Shown: positions 48,801 through 56,670 of the stretch, one piece after another | Layout: every line of letters starts with the position of its first letter | Numbering within the stretch: position 1 is the stretch's first letter | Assembly (NCBI GenBank): GCA_023267275.1 | Contig: JAHFNO010000006.1 | Location: forward strand, 9,519-73,518 | Length of the DNA: 64,000 nt | Reading direction: 5' to 3' | Origin: Candidatus Nomurabacteria bacterium | GTDB lineage: Bacteria > Patescibacteriota > Minisyncoccia > Phycocordibacterales > UBA9973 | Program-made: the position numbers and the translations under genes | Notes under the pieces: generated by a model | The model's input: only the letters and a program-made list of their open reading frames with translations | What the model was told of the DNA's origin: nothing | Database searches by the model: none

Positions 48801-48919
48801 TGAGATTACTTTTATTACAAAAAGGGATTGTTGAGGAGATGCAGACGAAGCGACTAATTGAGTCGATATATCAAGAGACAGTAAGAGTATATAGAGGATT
48901 TTTACCTACAGTCTTATAA
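45890..48919 (+). CDS. hsdR: Type I R-M restriction subunit
   Basis: RPDVVIFINGLPLAVFELK, WHTQGSGKS, DEAHRTQY, TGTP, MWLTGFD, QAIARVNR. Confidence 0.97.
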   Translation: MNPLNEKNIAEESLIDWLKGEGYEYVKGTDIAPGQPRAEREDFRGVVLKDRLLGAIRRINPQLPAEQAEQVVVDIASYHNADLMLGNKEMFSFITEGVKRTWQEQGNEKTEIVKLIDFENKDANEFLVVNQFTVQGVDSLGRPDVVIFINGLPLAVFELKSPVRQTADIREAYRDIEDYKKEIPKLFFYNQIVAISDLFHAHHGTISSSWERYGTWKGIKNETDVPKDTEELEVLLKGLFNKERLLDVIENFIVFEASGDGDAVTYTKKMCLYHQYYGVNKTIESTIRSVLGKQDRKIGVFWHTQGSGKSLSMVFYVNKTKNIPELKSPAYVFLTDREDLDDQLFKTFNHTGYGTLAKKASSIKDLRSRLTYIGGELIFTTIQKFQEDPDAHEALSLRENIIVLADEAHRTQYSNLAGNVRLALPNASFLGVTGTPIARNDKDTVRVFGPVVSSYKISQSVKDKSTVPIYYEGRLVPLHLADQLIDSKFDAVLGEVVPDDNARMRKEYAVLEEVVGAPSRIEKIAQDVIHHFNNHPIEGKAMIVTMSRRIAVLMYEAIQKIPSVPEVAVVISNNDEYSSRIQKEHNIKTLERRFKDDKDPLKIAILCDMWLTGFDVPCMHTLYLDKPLKNHGLMQAIARVNRVYKDKPGGLVVDYIGIAENLKKALAWYDSDIQNDALVPISEVVEQMNILRDQVTKFFGKLDYTAWKKLKGIELVTIMQAGMNEVITQGGILNDEQKMKYMGTVSKLSKLHALVMPGDEAMKIISDLQFFQAIREAIRKQTVLPHAIFPEETESAIRSLMHNSIQAEGIVDLFSVPGEEKKSISIFDEKFIEGIRKSHYQNFAVDSVRKLLDQEIRSRMRLNNARYETMLSLLEGLIEKYENNVISSAEIIKQLLEIADGIKKLDQESKETGLSNEEIVFYDSLATDPDLKKAGIDIKEFVKELTRRIRRDLAIDWTNNETIKARIRQNVRLLLLQKGIVEEMQTKRLIESIYQETVRVYRGFLPTVL

Positions 48920-48931
48920 AATGAGGGAAGG

Positions 48932-48988
48932 GTATACCCGCACACTTCCTTTTTTGACCCTTTCCAAAAAGGAAGTGTGCGGGTATAC
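48932..48988. repeat. Perfect 23-bp-arm palindrome, empty sibling of the GIY-YIG element ends
   Basis: gtatacccgcacacttccttttt (48932-48954) / aaaaaggaagtgtgcgggtatac (48966-48988). Confidence 0.8.
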
Positions 48989-48995
48989 TTCGCGT

Positions 48996-49481
48996 ATGGA
49001 TCCTATCGAAACACAAAAAAACCCAGGACTTTCTGTGCACCAGATACTGGCTCAAGGGTACTTGATCTACCTCGCTGCTATCGTGGTTGGGTTTGGTGCA
49101 AGCTATCTTTGGCCAGAAACACTCTCATTTCCGTTCGAATCTCCATTTGGTTTTGTGTTGATTGTGCTTGGCACACTCGTAATCTACTGGGCGCAGTATG
49201 CGACAGGTTCTACTTCGGCAAAGCGAAATATACAGGAAGCAGTCATTACCAAGGAACATTTTTTTGTTGGACCGTACAAATATTCTCGTTCACCAACACA
49301 GTACGGACTATTCTTGATGGCGTTTGGACTCGCACTTTTGTACGGGTCACTCTATATGACAATCACTACTGCAATCGCGCTTCTTGTTGGAAAATTCTTT
49401 ATCATCCCGCATGAAGAAAAAAATTTGGCACGCCGATACGGACAGCCCTATTTGGAATATAAAAAAGAAGTTAGACTCTAA
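48996..49481 (+). CDS. Isoprenylcysteine carboxyl methyltransferase/PEMT family membrane protein
   Basis: GPYKYSRSPTQYG, IPHEEKNLARRYGQPYLEYKKEVR; TM helices. Confidence 0.85.
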   Translation: MDPIETQKNPGLSVHQILAQGYLIYLAAIVVGFGASYLWPETLSFPFESPFGFVLIVLGTLVIYWAQYATGSTSAKRNIQEAVITKEHFFVGPYKYSRSPTQYGLFLMAFGLALLYGSLYMTITTAIALLVGKFFIIPHEEKNLARRYGQPYLEYKKEVRL

Positions 49482-49487
49482 TTTGTT

Positions 49488-50210
49488 ATGCTCACTGTTC
49501 TTGTAGGAAATGACACTGGAAAACGAGCCAAGCGACTCGATGTACTTCTCGCGCCAGCACAAAAAAGTGGCGGGGATATTCAAGTATTCAGCGACGTAAA
49601 TTTTGATGCAACTATTTTTCGTACGATAGCAGAAAGTATGTCGCTCTTTGGCGGAACAAGTACGGTAATCCTTTCTGGTGTTGGTGATGTTGCAGAGCTT
49701 CGCGACTCGCTCGAAAAAATATTGCCGATACTTTCTGAATCACCACACACATTTATTGTTTCCGAAACAAGTTTGCTCGCTCCTTTTTTGAAGAAGGTTC
49801 AATCAAGTGGGGGAGCGATAGAAAAATTTGAACTTGCAGAAAAAATAAAAAAAGGAGAAGCGTTCAATTCATTTCTTTTGACCGATGCATTTTCCGAACG
49901 GAAGCGTTCTGTTGCGTGGCCACTCTATCGTAAAGCGATTGATCTTGGTGTTGAACCGCGTGAACTCGCCGGCAAAATTTTTTGGGCAACAAAAAATATG
50001 CTTCTCGCAAAAAAAACTACTGGAGCAAGTGAGTCTGGTTTAAATCCATTTGTGTATTCAAAAGCAAAACTTGGGAGTAAAAATTTTTCTGATGCAGAGC
50101 TCGAAAAAATTGCGACCGAGCTCACCATTCTTTTTCATGAATCAATGTTTTCTTCCGTAGAATTTGAACCAGCACTCGAAGCATTTATTTTGCGCGTGCT
50201 CGCAAAATAA
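49488..50210 (+). CDS. holA: DNA polymerase III delta subunit (short form)
   Basis: SMSLFGG, FLLTDAF..RK...AW.LY, GLNPFVYSKA...KNFS..EL. Confidence 0.75.
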   Translation: MLTVLVGNDTGKRAKRLDVLLAPAQKSGGDIQVFSDVNFDATIFRTIAESMSLFGGTSTVILSGVGDVAELRDSLEKILPILSESPHTFIVSETSLLAPFLKKVQSSGGAIEKFELAEKIKKGEAFNSFLLTDAFSERKRSVAWPLYRKAIDLGVEPRELAGKIFWATKNMLLAKKTTGASESGLNPFVYSKAKLGSKNFSDAELEKIATELTILFHESMFSSVEFEPALEAFILRVLAK

Positions 50211-50512
50211 ACCCGCACACTTACTTTTTTATTACTCTCATGTTTTATGTATATGTTTTGAAAAGTAAAAAAGATGAAGAATTGTACATTGGTTCAACCA
50301 ATGATCTTAAGCGTAGAATAAAAGAACATGAGAGTGGAGAGAGTTTTTCAACAAAGCTGAGGAGACCTTTTGATTTAATTTATTACGAAGCATATAAAGA
50401 TGAGAAGGACGCAAGAAAGAGAGAGTCATCATTGAAACTTCGTGGAAGGTCTCGTTTTCATTTAATGCAAAGATTAAAAAACTCTCTCCTATAAAAAAGT
50501 AAGTGTGCGGGT
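50211..50512. mobile_element. 302-bp unit: GIY-YIG gene between perfect 22-bp inverted repeats
   Basis: acccgcacacttacttttttat (50211-50232) / ataaaaaagtaagtgtgcgggt (50491-50512). Confidence 0.65.
50240..50494 (+). CDS. GIY-YIG nuclease family protein
   Basis: YVYVLKS...LYIGSTNDLKRRIKEH...YYEAY...ARKRE. Confidence 0.95.
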   Translation: MFYVYVLKSKKDEELYIGSTNDLKRRIKEHESGESFSTKLRRPFDLIYYEAYKDEKDARKRESSLKLRGRSRFHLMQRLKNSLL

Positions 50513-50803
50513 AAAAAAAGAGCCTGCGATATATTTCCGAAACTCAGAAACATGTCGCAGGCTCTTTGATATTCGCACTAGCCTTTAGCTGGAGAATGTT
50601 ATTCTCCTTTTTGTTTTGTAAAGAATAGAACAAAGAGTGAGTAGTAATTTTTCAACTGATCAATTTTTTATAATAGCCACTTACTTCTATTATTGAAATC
50701 GTATCTATGAAGTTGAAAGCTCTTTGCGAAATGTGGTTGTAGTATTTGATGTATGTCCCGAAGTGGGTAACTTGAATGCTACAGTACTCCGCTATTTCTG
50801 CTT
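50513..50803 (-). ncRNA. Candidate ~290-nt structured non-coding RNA
   Basis: Minus-strand TATAAT (50815-50810), no ATG-initiated ORF, several nested stems, ends in a long hairpin plus U-run at about 50568-50513. Confidence 0.45.
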
Positions 50804-50899
50804 GCGTCTATTATATCGCATCAAAGAAGAACAAAAGGTGGATAAATAAAATTCTTGTGGATAACTTATTCGTTCGCCACAGCGAGTGCTATTAAACCC

Positions 50900-51436
50900 T
50901 TATTTTGAGCCACGCTTTGCCACAATGAGCAGGAAGAGCAATACAGTGAATCCAATGAGTCCCATTACGGGAATGGTGATAAAACCATATTCATTCACAT
51001 ATTTAATAAGACATGATGGACCGGATGCTTCGCAAGAGAAAGCTGAGTATCCGATGTTTTCTGAAATCACGTGATAGAGACTGACAAGTGTGCCTGCAAT
51101 CGTGAGTACAAGTGTGTAGTCAATAATTCGAAAATCTTTTTTCCAGATAGCCATTCCAAATAGAAAAACTTGCGGATAGAAAAAAATTCGCGCGTACCAA
51201 CACAAGAGGCATGGTGGAAACCCAATGATGTTTGAATAGGTGAGACTAGAGACGAGTGCTACGAGTGAAGTGAAAAATCCAAGAATCAAAATATTTTTTT
51301 GTACAAATAGTTGAATTTGTTTTGCAAAAAAATATTCAGGGACAAAAAGTGTAAATAATAAAACACAGCTTACAATAATGCCGAAGAATACACCCAGGCT
51401 CATTATTTGATTCCAAACGAGAATAAAATGTTCCAT
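50900..51436 (-). CDS. dsbB: Disulfide bond formation protein B
   Basis: GFPPCLLCWYARIFFYP, C..SC second pair, FITIPVM; TM helices. Confidence 0.9.
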   Translation of the reverse strand: MEHFILVWNQIMSLGVFFGIIVSCVLLFTLFVPEYFFAKQIQLFVQKNILILGFFTSLVALVSSLTYSNIIGFPPCLLCWYARIFFYPQVFLFGMAIWKKDFRIIDYTLVLTIAGTLVSLYHVISENIGYSAFSCEASGPSCLIKYVNEYGFITIPVMGLIGFTVLLFLLIVAKRGSK

Positions 51437-51439
51437 AGA

Positions 51440-52039
51440 TTATTTTTGTGTATCTTCAACAAGTGGAACACCAGAAATTTCTGAGAGACGTTGCAATGTA
51501 GCCTCACCGCGCAACTGAGCACTTGGAAGAAATGTCCATACATCGCCAGTGTGTGTTGGTGGAACATCACTCGCTACTATTTCACCGGAAGGAAATACCC
51601 AGCGTCTAAAATATTCAGATGCCCAGTTTGTAGTACAACGAGGATCTTCACCGGGAACATTTGGAGCGATAGAACAAATTTCTGGAGCTTTTGCACTTGT
51701 TATAGAAATGCCTTTTGGAAAAGTCCATGTCGGATAACTTTCAATTTTATTTTCATCACAAATAGGGAAGCGGCTTCGATCAGCATGTTCGCATTCTTTA
51801 TACAAACCCTCTGCTGTAAGTTTTTGTCGAGATGCCTCGAACCATTTTTCTTGTTCTTGGCAGTGTGGACACCAAAATGCTCCGTAGAAAGCCACGCCTT
51901 CTTTTACCAATGCTTTTGCAAAAGTATCGTATTTACCCGAAGTTGATGAGCCACGTATAACAATCGTCATCATGACGATGATTGCAACCATGACAAGAAC
52001 GAAAATAATAAGACGCGAATTTTTTGTTTCTGTTTTCAT
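51440..52039 (-). CDS. Membrane-anchored thioredoxin-like protein
   Basis: FYGAFWCPHCQEQ, IESYPTW; adjacent to dsbB. Confidence 0.85.
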   Translation of the reverse strand: MKTETKNSRLIIFVLVMVAIIVMMTIVIRGSSTSGKYDTFAKALVKEGVAFYGAFWCPHCQEQEKWFEASRQKLTAEGLYKECEHADRSRFPICDENKIESYPTWTFPKGISITSAKAPEICSIAPNVPGEDPRCTTNWASEYFRRWVFPSGEIVASDVPPTHTGDVWTFLPSAQLRGEATLQRLSEISGVPLVEDTQK

Positions 52040-52193
52040 TTGTTGATTATAACCCACTTTGATTTTGAGCGACAGACAAGTTGTTTCTTGATTTAAAGGT
52101 TGTTTTATGGTATTTTCGAGAGGTTAACAAATATCCCTAAATCCGCGGTAGCGGATCGGGCGAACAAATTCGCTCGAAGAGAATTTGTTTTAG

Positions 52194-52266
52194 CCGCCCG
52201 TAGCTCAGCTGGTAGAGCAGCTCCCTTTTAAGGAGAGGGTCGCAGGTTCGATTCCTGCCGGGCGGA
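52194..52266 (+). tRNA. tRNA-Lys (anticodon TTT)
   Basis: Acceptor CCGCCCG/CGGGCGG, TAGCTCAGCTGGTAGAGC, loop CT-TTT-AA, GGTTCGATTCC. Confidence 0.95.
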
Positions 52267-52310
52267 CACTTACAAAAATGAGCTCGACTTTTAGGTCGAG
52301 CCATTTTTGT

Positions 52311-52463
52311 GTGTCCGCCCGGAGAAAGCCAACTTCTCATTCAGCAGAATGACTCTTGGAGTAAGGCTTTCGTCAGGAATCGAAAGACTTTTCGTTACCG
52401 AAGTTTACTTCGGTCGAAAAGTATCTGGCGACGTGGTCGCCGATCCGTGTACTCACTTCCTGC
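52311..52463. repeat. tRNA-associated structured repeat (Lys locus)
   Basis: Contains split reverse complement of the tRNA 3' end; shares CAGGAATCGAAAGACTTTTC and CGATCCGTGTACTCACTTCCTGC with 58303-58433. Confidence 0.75.
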
Positions 52464-52505
52464 TGCATTCAATAACTTTCGATAAGAGTACTCGCGATCC
52501 TGCTT

Positions 52506-53255
52506 TTATTTATATTGTATCTGTATTCCACCCGGCACAATTTTCATACCTTTGATCTCTTTCCCAGACTGCATTTTTTTACGGAGCACGTATTTCTTAA
52601 AAATTTCATCGAGTAGAGGGTTTACCTTATCTTTTGCTTTCCAGGTTAAAAGGAGCCCCGCGTCGATCTTTCTTGTTTCTTTTGGTATTGTAAGAAAATC
52701 TCCATTCTGAACAATAGTCCCAGAAACTTTTACATCTACGGTCGAAACAATAGTTGCTTTAAAAGTAAGATGATCACCTTCCTTGTTTATTTCGATATTG
52801 TAGAGTTCCGATTTGTCACCCTTTTCTTTCATACTTGTTACAATCATATCTTCAAAACTTTTTCGAAATTCTGTCAGATTTATCACTACCGGTGGATTTT
52901 CCACTTTTTTCATTTCAGCTTTTTTATCCAGACCCGCAATTATTTTTTCCGGAATCGGTTTTGGCGAGTAGGGAATACTTTCTGTGATGAGCAATTTTGC
53001 TGGTGCGGGTTCTAGTTTGTCGATATAGGTTGCTTCAATTTCTTTTTTCAACGTGTCGTGCGATACAAGCGTGCTTGTAGTATCACTCACTGTTTTTGCA
53101 GATTGCTCGGTTTTAGGTTTTTCAGTTTTGTGATGATTTTGTTGTTCGGAACTTTCGCCAGGGTGCATTAACATAGCTCCTGCGAGCACTGCCGTTTTAA
53201 AAATAGTGCCTCGTTTATTTTCAGCTTCTTTGTGTATTTTTTTGAATCCTTCCAT
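52506..53255 (-). CDS. Hypothetical protein
   Basis: 249-aa ORF; TATAAT 6 nt before ATG. Confidence 0.7.
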   Translation of the reverse strand: MEGFKKIHKEAENKRGTIFKTAVLAGAMLMHPGESSEQQNHHKTEKPKTEQSAKTVSDTTSTLVSHDTLKKEIEATYIDKLEPAPAKLLITESIPYSPKPIPEKIIAGLDKKAEMKKVENPPVVINLTEFRKSFEDMIVTSMKEKGDKSELYNIEINKEGDHLTFKATIVSTVDVKVSGTIVQNGDFLTIPKETRKIDAGLLLTWKAKDKVNPLLDEIFKKYVLRKKMQSGKEIKGMKIVPGGIQIQYK

Positions 53256-53330
53256 TCGGCTATTATATGCCTATTTCAAAACTGAATCAAAAGCTTTTTG
53301 TTTTGACAGACTTTGTGTATGATGCGAGCG

Positions 53331-53810
53331 ATGACAAAAACACACGAAGCAGTCCTTATTCTTCCCGACATTCGCAGCACACACAATGTGGGTGCTATTT
53401 TCCGTACGGCAGATGCGCTCGGAATTGCAAAGATATATCTTGTTGGAACCACGCCAGCACCGCTCGACCGATTTGGACGAGTGCGGAGCGATATCGCAAA
53501 AACAGCACTTGGTGCTGAAAATACTGTGCCCTGGGAATCAAAGGCCACACTTGCACCGCTACTCACAAAACTAAAAAAAGAAGGATTCACCATCGTCGCA
53601 ATCGAGCAATCAGAAAAATCGGTTGATTACAAAAAAGTAAAATCGAGCGAGAAAACGGTATTTATTGTAGGAACAGAAGTCACTGGTCTGCCAAAATCGG
53701 TTTTGCAAAAATGTGACATTATTGCTGAGATTCCAATGGCGGGAATGAAAGAATCACTCAATGTGTCGGTGGCAACAGGTGTGGCACTGTTTCGTATATT
53801 GGGTAAATAG
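53331..53810 (+). CDS. SpoU/TrmH family RNA methyltransferase
   Basis: IRSTHNVGAIFRTADA, VGTEVTGL, IPMAGMKESLNVSVA. Confidence 0.93.
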   Translation: MTKTHEAVLILPDIRSTHNVGAIFRTADALGIAKIYLVGTTPAPLDRFGRVRSDIAKTALGAENTVPWESKATLAPLLTKLKKEGFTIVAIEQSEKSVDYKKVKSSEKTVFIVGTEVTGLPKSVLQKCDIIAEIPMAGMKESLNVSVATGVALFRILGK

Positions 53811-53890
53811 GTACAATTTTTAATTTTGTAAACAATGTTTTAATATCCAAATATTTTAAAAATTAAAAATGGAAAAATTATAAAATTCAT

Positions 53891-54913
53891 TTAGTATTCT
53901 TTTTGATGTACTGGGCAAAAGTGCGCACTGCGTCCGCCAACAACGATGCGGTGAATTGTTCCACTGCATCCGCGTTTTTTACACGGTGTTTTTGCGAGGC
54001 GATAGGCATTGTGCTCGTGACTGAAATCGCCACGCGTGCCATCGATTTGTCGATAGTCACTCGTAGAATCACCACGAAAATCGATGCCTTTTTTAAGTAC
54101 ACTTTGCACCGCATGAAAAAGCGCGAGCGCTTTTTCATGCGGAATTTTTGCCACCACAGAAAGCGGATGAACACCAGCGAGCCAAAGTGCTTCGTCGGAA
54201 TAAATATTGCCAACACCAGAAAGTATCGATTGATCCATGAGTACTGATTTTATTTTTCCTTTTGGTTTGCGATTGATACATTCGCTAAATTGTTTGAAAT
54301 CGAAATGCTTTTCGAGTGGCTCTGGTCCAAGATTGTCGAGATGCCTGCCCGAACGGCTGAAGCCATTCAGTCGGGCGGGTTTTGTAGCGTGTGCATCTAC
54401 TGTGGAGAGGAGAGTGACTTTCGCAAATTTGCGCACATCGGAGAGTACCAAACTTTTTCCATTGGTAAACGTAATTACAAAATGGAGAAATCTATTGAAT
54501 GGATCACGTAATGCACCATTCTTTTCTTTTGGGCTCGGTTCCCAGTATTCAACTTTTGACTTTACGCTTTCAGCTTTAGACCTCTTGATGTACGTTCCGT
54601 ACATCAAGTGCCCAGTCATTTTCATATGAATGAGAATAGTCTTACCCGAGCACGAGCCGTCGTGCTTTAGGGTCTTTTCATTTGAAAGATTGATAAGAAT
54701 ATTTTTTGCTCGGCGTTCAGCAGAAACAATCTTTGCTCCATGCACAGATTTTTTGAACTGCTCGAAAAAGGGGAGATACTTGATTGAATCTTTGTAATCT
54801 GGACGATTGATATTTTTGCGTGCTAAATCAGTCCACACCGCTGAGATGGTGAGTCCAACAACAGTCTTCTTGAGACCGTTCACTGTAGTTTGTACTTCGG
54901 GGAGTTCGGGCAT
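53891..54913 (-). CDS. mutM: Formamidopyrimidine-DNA glycosylase
   Basis: MPELPEV, HMKMTG, DVRKFA, LGPEPL, LMDQ..SGVGNIYSDEAL, C-terminal Zn finger; carries short in-frame insertions. Confidence 0.97.
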   Translation of the reverse strand: MPELPEVQTTVNGLKKTVVGLTISAVWTDLARKNINRPDYKDSIKYLPFFEQFKKSVHGAKIVSAERRAKNILINLSNEKTLKHDGSCSGKTILIHMKMTGHLMYGTYIKRSKAESVKSKVEYWEPSPKEKNGALRDPFNRFLHFVITFTNGKSLVLSDVRKFAKVTLLSTVDAHATKPARLNGFSRSGRHLDNLGPEPLEKHFDFKQFSECINRKPKGKIKSVLMDQSILSGVGNIYSDEALWLAGVHPLSVVAKIPHEKALALFHAVQSVLKKGIDFRGDSTSDYRQIDGTRGDFSHEHNAYRLAKTPCKKRGCSGTIHRIVVGGRSAHFCPVHQKEY

Positions 54914-54919
54914 AAAAGG

Positions 54920-55162
54920 TTAATAATCCTGATATGTATTGTCGTCTCGATATCCGACGTCAAGAATTGCAGATTCGTGTCCATCTCTTTGGAAAATGAT
55001 CCGTACCCTCCCTATGCGAACTCGAAACTTATTTTTTGAATCTTTTAATTTCTTGCAATGAAGCCCGGAAAGATCATCCCGTAGGATGCGGGCGACAGTT
55101 TCTTCAATGAGAAGACGCATTCCAGGGTCTATCTTTTTTAAGAACTTATCGATTTTGTTCAT
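54920..55162 (-). CDS. RelE/ParE family toxin
   Basis: KKLKDSKNKFRVRIGRVRIIF...DVGYR; overlaps the upstream antitoxin. Confidence 0.85.
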   Translation of the reverse strand: MNKIDKFLKKIDPGMRLLIEETVARILRDDLSGLHCKKLKDSKNKFRVRIGRVRIIFQRDGHESAILDVGYRDDNTYQDY

Positions 55163-55412
55163 GCTTTCTCAGGCGTTTCAAACTCGCCAAAACCTCTTCT
55201 GCGGGGACTCCGCCTTTTCTGATCTTTGTAAAATCAACAAGCGTTTTCCATGCACCTTCGTCACCCCATTCGTCGACAGGAGCGGAGATTTTGAGGATCG
55301 GTTTTGATCTGCGGACAATGGTAAATGACTTGCCGAGAGCCACGGCGTTGATATATTTATCTGAGTTTTCCCGGAATTCTTTAAAACCAATGATATGTGA
55401 TTTGATAGCCAT
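55146..55412 (-). CDS. Phd/YefM family antitoxin
   Basis: IIGFKEFRENSDKYINAV..GKSFTIVRRSKP. Confidence 0.82.
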   Translation of the reverse strand: MAIKSHIIGFKEFRENSDKYINAVALGKSFTIVRRSKPILKISAPVDEWGDEGAWKTLVDFTKIRKGGVPAEEVLASLKRLRKHEQNR

Positions 55413-55444
55413 ACACAAAGATTATCTTAAGATAATCTTTGTGT
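55413..55444. promoter_or_regulatory. Perfect 32-bp palindrome, probable TA operator
   Basis: acacaaagattatctt|aagataatctttgtgt, between the minus-strand TTGACA (55447-55442) and the antitoxin ATG. Confidence 0.8.
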
Positions 55445-55523
55445 CAACCGTTGGTATATTACGCTCTTACTTATTATTATTGACAAAAAGTTTTTATGCA
55501 GTAGTGTGAAGAAAAACCATTTC

Positions 55524-56057
55524 ATGAACGAACAAATACTAGCATTTTGGCAATTGTACGATCAATACGTGCAAACAGAAAATAAGGATATAAGACCGAG
55601 ACTCTCAAGTCTTCTTAGTGAGATTGAAGAAAAAGATCGGAGAAAACAGCTTTTACGACCTGAAAAAGGCTGGAATACAATTCTTGCATGGCAGGTATTA
55701 CGTACACAAGAATTTATTTTTTCTGATAACGTAATTTTCAGACTATACACAGGAGATGTTCTTGTTTGGGAACCGCATTGGGATCGTGATATTTTACTCA
55801 CACGATTTCCGATGGAAACCAATATTATTTCAGGAAGAATTTTAAAACCAGGATTTGAGATGACTCACGAAGATAAAGGAGAGCTCTCTGATTACGAATG
55901 GAATCAACAAATACGCAGTCTTGGCATCACAAATGAAAAAGGTCTGTATCTTCCTGTTTATGAATCCGATACGCTCAAAAAGTTTTGCTTGTCACAAATT
56001 GCGGAGATGCAAAAAGGAATATTTTCTTACCTAGGAAAAGAATTAAATATTTTTTAA
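55524..56057 (+). CDS. Hypothetical protein
   Basis: ~177-aa ORF with TTGACA upstream. Confidence 0.65.
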   Translation: MNEQILAFWQLYDQYVQTENKDIRPRLSSLLSEIEEKDRRKQLLRPEKGWNTILAWQVLRTQEFIFSDNVIFRLYTGDVLVWEPHWDRDILLTRFPMETNIISGRILKPGFEMTHEDKGELSDYEWNQQIRSLGITNEKGLYLPVYESDTLKKFCLSQIAEMQKGIFSYLGKELNIF

Positions 56058-56086
56058 TTAAAAACCATCCAGAATATCGGGTGGTT

Positions 56087-56665
56087 TTATTTTTTTCCTA
56101 AAATTTTAAGGGCCTCTTTAATACGCGCGTTTGTTCCGATGATTTCGGCAGGCACTTCTTTGAGTGCATCGCGAGCTTCGTTTTGAGAATAGCCGAGTGC
56201 TTTGAGTGCTTCAACAACATCAGACTCGGCGCGGAGTTCATGTGGATTTTCTTTTGTATCGGCATGCGCTTTGAGCTTGTCGCGCAATTCGAGCACTACT
56301 TTTTCTGCAGTCTTGCGGCCGATGCCAGAAACTTTTGTGAGATAACTCGTGTCGCCAGTAGCGATTGCTTTCTTGAGTGTGTTGGTCGATGTTGCACTCA
56401 AAATTGCGAGTGCACCTTTTGGTCCGATACCAGAAACAGAAATAAGGAGCTGAAAAAAATCTTCTTCCTCGCGAGAAACAAATCCGTACAAATCGAGTGC
56501 ATCTTCACGTACGACAAGATAGGTAAAAAGCGATGCCGGTGTATCTTCGCGAAGTTGGGCAAGGGTATCGGTTGAACAATATACTTTGTAGCCAACGCCA
56601 CGAACGTCGATGACTGCAAATTTTTCACTGAGTTCGATGATGGTGCCTGTTAAATGCGATATCAT
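56087..56665 (-). CDS. ruvA: Holliday junction branch migration protein RuvA
   Basis: DVRGVGY, VREDALDLYGF, VSGIGPK, GIGRKTAEKVVLELRDK, ALKALGY. Confidence 0.97.
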   Translation of the reverse strand: MISHLTGTIIELSEKFAVIDVRGVGYKVYCSTDTLAQLREDTPASLFTYLVVREDALDLYGFVSREEEDFFQLLISVSGIGPKGALAILSATSTNTLKKAIATGDTSYLTKVSGIGRKTAEKVVLELRDKLKAHADTKENPHELRAESDVVEALKALGYSQNEARDALKEVPAEIIGTNARIKEALKILGKK

Positions 56666-56670
56666 GAACA

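Noticed and set aside
40106-48919. Phase-variable hsdS shufflon
   Set aside because: Single hsdS, no recombinase and no inverted hsdS fragments.
52137-52555. Short ORFs overlapping tRNA-Lys and its downstream repeat (likewise 58203-58487)
   Set aside because: Translations of tRNA and repeat sequence.
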